A stretch of DNA of 64,000 nt from an uncultured Acetatifactor sp. (lineage in GTDB: Bacteria > Bacillota > Clostridia > Lachnospirales > Lachnospiraceae), in assembly GCA_947589505.1 (NCBI GenBank), contig CANQCF010000002.1, positions 3,045 to 67,044 on the forward strand. Reading direction: 5' to 3'. Shown in pieces: positions 57,120 through 64,000 of this stretch (position 1 is its first letter; each line of letters opens with the position of its first letter). The translations under genes and the position numbers were made by a program. A model generated the notes under the pieces. That model did not search any database and was not told the origin of the DNA. It saw only the letters and a program-made list of their open reading frames with translations.

Positions 57120-58243
57120 TGAAAAAACGCGAAAAAAACACGAAAGAGTGGGAATACGAACAGCTCACGGATCCCATGGAAGGGAAGGCGCCCTCTCGGG
57201 AAAAAACGGATGCGGCCGCTTCTTTGGAGACGGAGAGCCTGGAAGAAATCCTGCTGGCCCGGGAACAGCGGAGCCGGAAGAAACAGAATGCGGACAGGAA
57301 ACTTAAAAATTTAACCCCGGAGCAGCTCCGAAAACTGGATAAGAGGGCCGCCAAGAGGCGCAGAATCTGGGAAGTGTTTAAGATCTCCCTTGCCACGGCG
57401 GTGGCGGCGTGCTTTGCAATCCTCTTCCTGATGCCCATAGTCCTTACCATAACCAACTCCTTTATGTCCGCCTCGGAGATTGCCTCAAACTATGGCACGG
57501 TTTTCCAGACCAACGCCAACGGGGGAAAGGTGTATATCTCCGAAAAGGTGAACCTGAAATTTATACCGGATATGGTTTCCTTCAGCCAGTACGCAACAGT
57601 GCTCTTCAAGAGCCCGGAATATCTGCTGAAGTTCTGGAACTCCGTGATTCTGGTAGGCCCCATCGTTCTGTTCCAGCTTGTGCTGGCGACCCTGGCCTCC
57701 TACGGATTTGCCAGGTACAGCGGGAAGATCCGGTCGATCATCTTTTTCACATATGTGATATTGATGCTGATGCCCTATCAGGTGACGCTGGTTCCCAACT
57801 ACCTTGTGAGCGACTGGCTGAACATCCTGGACACATACTGGGCCATCTGGCTCCCGGGAATCTTTTCTCCCTTTGCAGTGTTCCTGCTGACAAAGTTCAT
57901 GAAGAGAATCCCATCCTCCATGATCGAGGCCGCCCAGATCGACGGCGCGGGGGAGTGGCAGATCTATCGCAGAATCTGCCTGCCGCTGTGCAAGGGTGCT
58001 GTCTGCTCGGCGGCGATCCTGGTGTTTATCGATTACTGGAACATGGTGGAGCAGCCTTTGATCCTCCTGTCGGACAGTGAGACCCATCCTCTTTCGGTGT
58101 TCCTGAGCAAGATCAACAGCGGAGAGGTGGGACTGGCGTTCGCCGTAGCTACGATCTACATGGTGCCGACCCTTCTGATCTTCCTCTATGGGGAGGAATA
58201 TCTGGTGGAGGGCATCACCTACCAGGGCGGCGTCAAGGGATAG
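57119..58243 (+). CDS. CUT1-family ABC importer permease (MalG/UgpE-like) with a charged N-terminal extension
   Basis: ASYGFAR, EAAQIDGA EAA loop, FIDYWN; TGATG overlap with the upstream gene. Confidence 0.9.
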   Translation: MKKREKNTKEWEYEQLTDPMEGKAPSREKTDAAASLETESLEEILLAREQRSRKKQNADRKLKNLTPEQLRKLDKRAAKRRRIWEVFKISLATAVAACFAILFLMPIVLTITNSFMSASEIASNYGTVFQTNANGGKVYISEKVNLKFIPDMVSFSQYATVLFKSPEYLLKFWNSVILVGPIVLFQLVLATLASYGFARYSGKIRSIIFFTYVILMLMPYQVTLVPNYLVSDWLNILDTYWAIWLPGIFSPFAVFLLTKFMKRIPSSMIEAAQIDGAGEWQIYRRICLPLCKGAVCSAAILVFIDYWNMVEQPLILLSDSETHPLSVFLSKINSGEVGLAFAVATIYMVPTLLIFLYGEEYLVEGITYQGGVKG

Positions 58244-58424
58244 CGCGTACGAACCGGCGCGCAGCCTGGACCGGCACACAGCCCGGAGCACCCCTGCGGA
58301 GGGGGACAGTTCTTTTGCTCCGTGAAAGAACGCTCAGCAGTACCGGATTTCGGGAAAGATCGGTTAGTACTTTGTGATAAGAAAGTTAAAATATGGAAAT
58401 ATAAGAATTATGAGGTGAAAGGTT

Positions 58425-60278
58425 ATGAACGAGAAAAGCAGTAAGAGAAGAGAGTGGATCAAAACGGCGGCCATCATTTTCCTGTCCATCATGCTGGTTT
58501 TGACATTCTTCTCCCAGACCATCCTGAACCACTCCCTGCCGGAAGTGGCGACGAATTACGTCCAGAGCGGTACGATCACTACAAAGATCAGGGGCTCCGG
58601 CGTCGTGGAGAGCGGGGATCCCTATACCATCGAGGTGCCGGGGGTCTACGTCGGCAGAAAAGTCTCCAGCATTAAGGTGAAGGTTGGGGACAAGGTGGAG
58701 AAGGGCGACGTGCTGCTTTATCTTCTGGAAGGCGACGGCGCGGAGCTGGAGGCGGCTAAGGAAGAGTTGAAAGCGGACCAGAAAGTCTTGGAGAGCGCTC
58801 AGGACGCCTACGACACTTTTATTTTGAGCGAGAACATCACGAGTACGGATATCAATTCCGCCAACGCCAATATGTCTACCGATTCCCTGCGAAAGACGCT
58901 TTCGGACTTGCAGACAGCCTTGAACCAGGCAAAGGACAAGGCGGTTCCCATTCAGACGTCGGTGGATCAGTTGAACCAGGCGATCAATGACTGTAATGCA
59001 CAGATTGCGTATGAGCAGGCCCTGAACGACGGCGCAGTGAAGCGTGTGGAGACAGCGGACATTGCGTATGATCAGGCAGCCGCCGCCCGGCAGACCGCCG
59101 CTGACAATCTGACCGCGGCGGAAGGACAGCTGGCCTCTGCCCAGCAGGCGCTTTCAGATGCCGGAACCGCTCTGGATACGGCTAAACAGGAGCAGGCAGA
59201 TCTGGAGATAGGTATTGCCGACGGAACAGTGCCGCAGGAGGAAGCGGAAAGCAGGAGAGACGCAGCGGCCGTCAAAGTTTCGGATGCAGAGAAGGTCAAA
59301 CAGGCGGCAGAACAGAAGGTGGCGGACGCGCAAAAGGTCCGGGACGAAAGAAACACTGCCCTCTCTAATGCTAATACTGCTTTGCAGCAGGCGGCAAATG
59401 AGAAAGCCGCAGCTGAGCAGGCGAAAGATCAGAGAGATGCCAATCCCGTCATCAACAACTTAAACAATCAGATCGCGAATTATGAACTTTCTCGGTACGG
59501 TTATCAGAAGGAACTGGATGCGATCACGGGCGAGGACGGAGAGATCGCGCAGATCCAGGAACAGATCAACAGCCTGGTGGGGAGCGGTGGAGTAATTAAG
59601 CAGCTGCAGGATCTGCAGGACGCCATCGACGACGCCAGGGAGGCCCTTGCGGAGCAGCAGAAGAAGGTGGACGATCTCCAGGCAGAGGTGGGTGGAAGCG
59701 CCATCACCGCCGATATCAGCGGAACGGTGACCGAAATCAACGTTGCCAGCGGCAAGACCATTCAGGGCCAGGATGTCATGGTTCTTCAGCCGGAGGGGCA
59801 GGGGTATTTCATGACCTTCTCCGTGACCAACGACCAGGCAAAGACGCTTTCCGTAGGCGATCAGGCAAGCCTGGTGAACTCCTGGTACTACAACGATCTG
59901 GAAATCGTGCTGAAGAGTATTAAACCTGACCAGACTGATCCGGGCAGAAAGAAGATGCTCACCTTCTCAGTGAACGGGGATGCTACCGTGGGACAGAACA
60001 TCAGCGTGTCCGTGGGACAGAAGAGCCAGAACTATGACCTCATCGTTCCCAACAGCGCCATCAAGGAGGACAACAACGGCAAGTTTATTCTGATCGTGGA
60101 GTCCAAGAGCAGCCCGGTGGGCAACCGTTACATTGCCACCAGGGTGGACGTACAGGTTCTTGCCAGCGACGACACGCAGTCCGCGATCTCCGGCGCCATC
60201 AGCGGCTGGGAGTATGTGATCACCACTTCCTCAAAGCCCATTAATCCGGGGGATCAGGTGAGAATGACCGACAATTAA
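58425..60278 (+). CDS. MacA/YknX-like periplasmic adaptor with a very long coiled coil
   Basis: N-terminal TM, split lipoyl motifs VKVGDKVEKGDVL and ITADISGTVTEINV around about 320 helical residues, VPNSAI. Confidence 0.85.
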   Translation: MNEKSSKRREWIKTAAIIFLSIMLVLTFFSQTILNHSLPEVATNYVQSGTITTKIRGSGVVESGDPYTIEVPGVYVGRKVSSIKVKVGDKVEKGDVLLYLLEGDGAELEAAKEELKADQKVLESAQDAYDTFILSENITSTDINSANANMSTDSLRKTLSDLQTALNQAKDKAVPIQTSVDQLNQAINDCNAQIAYEQALNDGAVKRVETADIAYDQAAAARQTAADNLTAAEGQLASAQQALSDAGTALDTAKQEQADLEIGIADGTVPQEEAESRRDAAAVKVSDAEKVKQAAEQKVADAQKVRDERNTALSNANTALQQAANEKAAAEQAKDQRDANPVINNLNNQIANYELSRYGYQKELDAITGEDGEIAQIQEQINSLVGSGGVIKQLQDLQDAIDDAREALAEQQKKVDDLQAEVGGSAITADISGTVTEINVASGKTIQGQDVMVLQPEGQGYFMTFSVTNDQAKTLSVGDQASLVNSWYYNDLEIVLKSIKPDQTDPGRKKMLTFSVNGDATVGQNISVSVGQKSQNYDLIVPNSAIKEDNNGKFILIVESKSSPVGNRYIATRVDVQVLASDDTQSAISGAISGWEYVITTSSKPINPGDQVRMTDN

Positions 60279-60294
60279 AGCGGGAGCAGGAGCA

Positions 60295-61515
60295 GTGAAG
60301 AAACCGAAATTATCAAAAAAGAATTTCATATGGCTTTTGTGCTGCGGCGGTTTCTGCCTTGCGGCGCTGGCCCTGTTCCTCTGGCGGGGCATCCTCGTCG
60401 GAAAACAGGAGAGCCAGCAGATGGCGGAGCGCTGGAGCAGTGACGGCGGCGTGGCCCAGATCAGCTGCTTTTTCTCGGAAAACGCCGGAATGACGGAGGA
60501 TCGGATCATCAGCTTTGAGCACACTCTGGACAGCGTGCTGAAGGAGGCTTCGATCCAGACGGAGTCGGAGAACGAAGGGGCGAGGCTCTGGGTGGACGCT
60601 TACAGTGCGCCGGGAATGCTCACTGTCTCCAACCAGCGGGCTGCCCTCACGGTGAACGCCCTGGGCGTGGGAGGGGATTTCTTTCTCTTTCATCCCCAGA
60701 AGCTTCTCTACGGCGGCTATTTTTCCGGGAGCGACCTAAACCAGGACGGCATCATCATCGACGAGGAAATTGCATGGCAGCTCTTCGGTGCAAATGACAT
60801 TGTAGGACAGATCATCTCTGTCGGCGGCACGCCCCATATCATTGTGGGCGTCATTGAAAGGCCCCAGGGAAAGATGGAGGAGGGGGCCGGTCTGGACGAG
60901 CCCATCGCTTACGTCTCTTTTTCGACTCTTGCGGCACAGGGGCAGGTTACGGACGTGAACCACTACGAGATCGTGATGCCGAATCCCATCAAAGACTTTG
61001 CCATGCAGAAGGTAAAGGAAAATCTGTATGCGGACGAGAATGAGACGGAATTTATAGAGAACACGGATCGGTACTCTTTCGCGGCAAGCTTTCATGTGCT
61101 GGGACAGTTCGGCTACCGCTCCATGAACGGCAAGGCCATCGTCTATCCCTATTGGGAAAACCTGGCCCGTGGATACGAGGATATCATAGCGCTGATCACG
61201 CTTATCATAACGGTATGCCTGGCGGTTCCCGGGGTCACGGCCGTGGTGTGGCTGATCTTCTGGTGGAAGCATAAGTCCTGGACGTTTAAGTCCCTGTGGG
61301 CAAAGCTTTCTGACCGGATCCGGAGCCTTCGGGAAAAGGGATATGCGAAAAAGGCCCAGAAACAAAAGTCCCAAAAACAAAAGTCACAAAAGCAAAAAGT
61401 CCAAAAGCAAAAATTTCTGACGAAAAAAGCCCGGAAGGATGAAAGCGGCAGCGGTCCGGCCCTTGCCGAGGCGCATGAAACAGAGATTGACTTAGACGAA
61501 ACAGAAAGGAACTGA
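60295..61515 (+). CDS. MacB-periplasmic-core-like membrane protein (two TM)
   Basis: IIIDEEIAWQLFGANDIVGQ motif, N- and C-terminal TM segments, Lys/Gln-rich tail; GTG start. Confidence 0.75.
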   Translation: MKKPKLSKKNFIWLLCCGGFCLAALALFLWRGILVGKQESQQMAERWSSDGGVAQISCFFSENAGMTEDRIISFEHTLDSVLKEASIQTESENEGARLWVDAYSAPGMLTVSNQRAALTVNALGVGGDFFLFHPQKLLYGGYFSGSDLNQDGIIIDEEIAWQLFGANDIVGQIISVGGTPHIIVGVIERPQGKMEEGAGLDEPIAYVSFSTLAAQGQVTDVNHYEIVMPNPIKDFAMQKVKENLYADENETEFIENTDRYSFAASFHVLGQFGYRSMNGKAIVYPYWENLARGYEDIIALITLIITVCLAVPGVTAVVWLIFWWKHKSWTFKSLWAKLSDRIRSLREKGYAKKAQKQKSQKQKSQKQKVQKQKFLTKKARKDESGSGPALAEAHETEIDLDETERN

Positions 61516-61591
61516 GCCGGTTTTGACCGCTTTAAATCAAAGGTAAAGGAGCGGTTTGAAAAGCCGAAAGGCAAAATAGAGGAGGAAGATT

Positions 61592-64000
61592 ATGAAAAAG
61601 TGGAACTGGAGGAAGGGCGTATCCCTGGGACTTGTCCTGGCGATGACCCTGGGCATGGCTGCCTGCGGCGGAGGCGGCGACAAAAAAGAAAAGAACGAAA
61701 AGGTCAACGCGGAACTGGCGAAGCAGAACGTCTACCGCTATCAGGAGGTGGAACTGGGAGAGTATGATTCCAGTAACGGCTATCGGGACATTCTTTCCTC
61801 CGCTATTTCCGGAGACAAGGTGTATCTCCTTTTCCGGGAGGACGGATACGATCCCGAGACCTATGAGAACTACACGAAGCTGACGCTCTATGAGATGAAC
61901 AAGGACGGGAGCGATGTAAAGACCATCGAACTGCAGCGGCCGGAGGCTCCTGCAGAAGATGAGAACGCCGGGGAGGATCAGAGCGGCGCCTCCCAGCCCG
62001 GAGAGCAGGAGGACGGATCCCAGTCCGGGGATGACGCGGGCATCCAGCCTTTGACCGAGCAGCCCGAGCAGGAGGACGGATCCCAGTCCGGAGATGACGC
62101 GGGCGCCCAGATCCGGCCTAGGACCGAGAATAACGCGGACGGCGCAGAGGAAAATGACACTTCGGACGACGGTTCAGAGACGGACGGAGCGGAAGACGGT
62201 GCGGCCGTGGATCTTTCGATGCCTGAAGTGGAAGAGCCGGTTATCGATGAGGAATTCCCGGGCACTGGGAATGAAAGCTATGAATATCAATATGATTATT
62301 ACGGCTACAGCGCTGTCTCCGATGATCGGATCTACGCGTACCGGGAGCATGTCAAGGAAGGAAACGACGAAAACGGCAATTATACTTCCGAGAACACGGA
62401 GTTTATCGACTGCTGGGACCTTCAGGGAAAACTGCTCTTTTCCACACAGATGGATATGTCGAAGTACCAGAATGATGATACCTGGACTTATGTGAGCCGG
62501 ATCCTCAGCCTCGAGGACGGCAAGGCGGCGATCTTAATGCAGGGGGACCAGCAGGGGCTCATCACCGTATCTGAGGATGGAACCCTGTCCGATCTCAAAA
62601 AGCAGGGCTCCGGAGATACTTCCAGGGACATCTTCTCGAATCAGGCCGGCTCTGCGGTCCGCAGCGACGGAACCATGATCGTCAGCTATTATGACACGGA
62701 TTACGAGAACCAGTATGTCACCACATATGATCCCATGACGGGGGTCTGCGGAGAGGAATTTAAGGTGCCCGATCTCGCCAGATACAACGGTATGTATACT
62801 TTCAGCTCCGGCCTCGGAAAGGATGTGATCTTTTCCGCCAACGACGGACTTTACGGCTTCAACCTGGGGGACACGGAGACGGTGAAGCTCATGGACTATG
62901 TCAACTCCGACCTGCCGGTGTACGGCCTGGACGACATCCTGACGGTGGACGAGACCAGTTTCTTTGCCTCCTTCAACGATCCGGTGGATTATTCGGTAAA
63001 GTTCTGCCTGTTCAGCTATGTGAAGCCGGAGGACATTCCGGATAAGAAGGTACTGGTGCTTGCCGGGATCTATCTGGGATCCGACATCAAGCAGTACGTC
63101 ATCAATTTCAACAAGGAAGACCAGGAATACCGCATCGTTACAAAAGATTACAGCATGTATAACACCAATGAGGATTACACGGCGGGGGCGACAAAGCTGA
63201 ACAACGATATCATTGCGGGAGCCATCCCGGACATCCTCTGCCTGAGCGACGATATGCCTGTGGACAGCATGATCTCCCAGGGGCTCTTTGCCGACATCGA
63301 CAAGCTGATCAAGGAGGACCCGGAGCTTGGCCAGATCGAGTTCATGGACAATGTCTTTGAGGCATACCGGGTGGACGGCGTGCTCTACCGGGTGATCCCG
63401 ACTTTTGTGGTACAGACTTTCATCGGCAAGGAGAGCCTCCTGGGGGACCGCACCAGCATCACCATGGAGGAGCTGCAGCAGATCGCCCAGAACGCGGGCG
63501 AGAATGCAAGTCTCTTTGGGGCAATTTCCCGGGAGAGCTTTTTGTCAAGCGTTATGTCGGCCTGCGGCAGGGATTTCGTGAACGTGGACACCGGAAAATG
63601 CGCTTTTGACTCGGATCTCTTTGTGAGTCTCCTGGAGTATGCGAAGACCCTTCCCACGGAAGATGAGCTTTGGGGAGAGGGTTACGACGAAGATTTCTGG
63701 AATGAGTATTACGAGAACTACGATTCCCAGTACCGGGAGAACCGCACGCTGCTGATGGGCAACACGTTGAGCGATCTCACGCAGATGAAGTCCATTGTCA
63801 ACGGGTATTTCGGTGAGGACGTGTCTTATGTCGGCTTCCCTACGGAGAGCGATATGGGCTCCTGCGTATCGGCCCAGCAGTCCTACGCGATCTCCAAAAA
63901 GTCCGCGAATATTGACGGCGCCTGGAAATTCCTGCGTTTCTTCCTCACGGAGGACTATCAGAAGAACGAGGATAACAAATACGGTTACCGCTGGGGACTT
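61592..64000 (+). CDS. second large lipoprotein with solute-binding domain, truncated by the window end
   Basis: GAGGAGG RBS, MKKWNWRKG...MAAC lipobox; later INFNK, IPDIL, YVGFP, AWKFL motifs parallel those of 53231-55735; absent from the ORF track, presumably because no stop lies in the window. Confidence 0.85.
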   Translation, partial: MKKWNWRKGVSLGLVLAMTLGMAACGGGGDKKEKNEKVNAELAKQNVYRYQEVELGEYDSSNGYRDILSSAISGDKVYLLFREDGYDPETYENYTKLTLYEMNKDGSDVKTIELQRPEAPAEDENAGEDQSGASQPGEQEDGSQSGDDAGIQPLTEQPEQEDGSQSGDDAGAQIRPRTENNADGAEENDTSDDGSETDGAEDGAAVDLSMPEVEEPVIDEEFPGTGNESYEYQYDYYGYSAVSDDRIYAYREHVKEGNDENGNYTSENTEFIDCWDLQGKLLFSTQMDMSKYQNDDTWTYVSRILSLEDGKAAILMQGDQQGLITVSEDGTLSDLKKQGSGDTSRDIFSNQAGSAVRSDGTMIVSYYDTDYENQYVTTYDPMTGVCGEEFKVPDLARYNGMYTFSSGLGKDVIFSANDGLYGFNLGDTETVKLMDYVNSDLPVYGLDDILTVDETSFFASFNDPVDYSVKFCLFSYVKPEDIPDKKVLVLAGIYLGSDIKQYVINFNKEDQEYRIVTKDYSMYNTNEDYTAGATKLNNDIIAGAIPDILCLSDDMPVDSMISQGLFADIDKLIKEDPELGQIEFMDNVFEAYRVDGVLYRVIPTFVVQTFIGKESLLGDRTSITMEELQQIAQNAGENASLFGAISRESFLSSVMSACGRDFVNVDTGKCAFDSDLFVSLLEYAKTLPTEDELWGEGYDEDFWNEYYENYDSQYRENRTLLMGNTLSDLTQMKSIVNGYFGEDVSYVGFPTESDMGSCVSAQQSYAISKKSANIDGAWKFLRFFLTEDYQKNEDNKYGYRWGL

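Noticed and set aside
1014-63657. Many antisense ORFs of 100-470 aa in the ORF track
   Set aside because: Shadow frames of well-supported genes, expected from high-GC codon bias

Overview
Chromosomal window from a high-GC Clostridia genome; gene order and protein style suggest Lachnospiraceae (inference). Bases 1-40.4 kb hold topA, codY and a near-complete fla/che operon (flgB to fliA, then DUF342 and a SwrB-like gene). Next come a Mef-like MFS pump with a leader peptide, rpsB-tsf, an acyltransferase, a double GT-C (PMT-like) glycosyltransferase, a MacB/FtsX-type ABC exporter, and a hybrid cluster (two giant lipoprotein SBPs, two CUT1 permeases, a MacA-like adaptor, a MacB-PCD-like protein) that runs off the window end. 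The best unexplained signals are non-coding: (1) a two-hairpin RNA between the uncharacterised TIGR02530-type gene and flgE; (2) a promoter-to-terminator ~65-nt transcript rich in ANGGA upstream of flgB; (3) near-consensus promoters firing straight into terminators within the flagellar locus; (4) a leader peptide with an R-T-K motif ahead of the MFS pump; (5) a palindromic MITE/REP-like element with a compensatory base-pair change, in inverted copies around an SBP gene. No CRISPR array, tRNA, rRNA, integrase or transposase was seen. All calls are by eye, without database searches.
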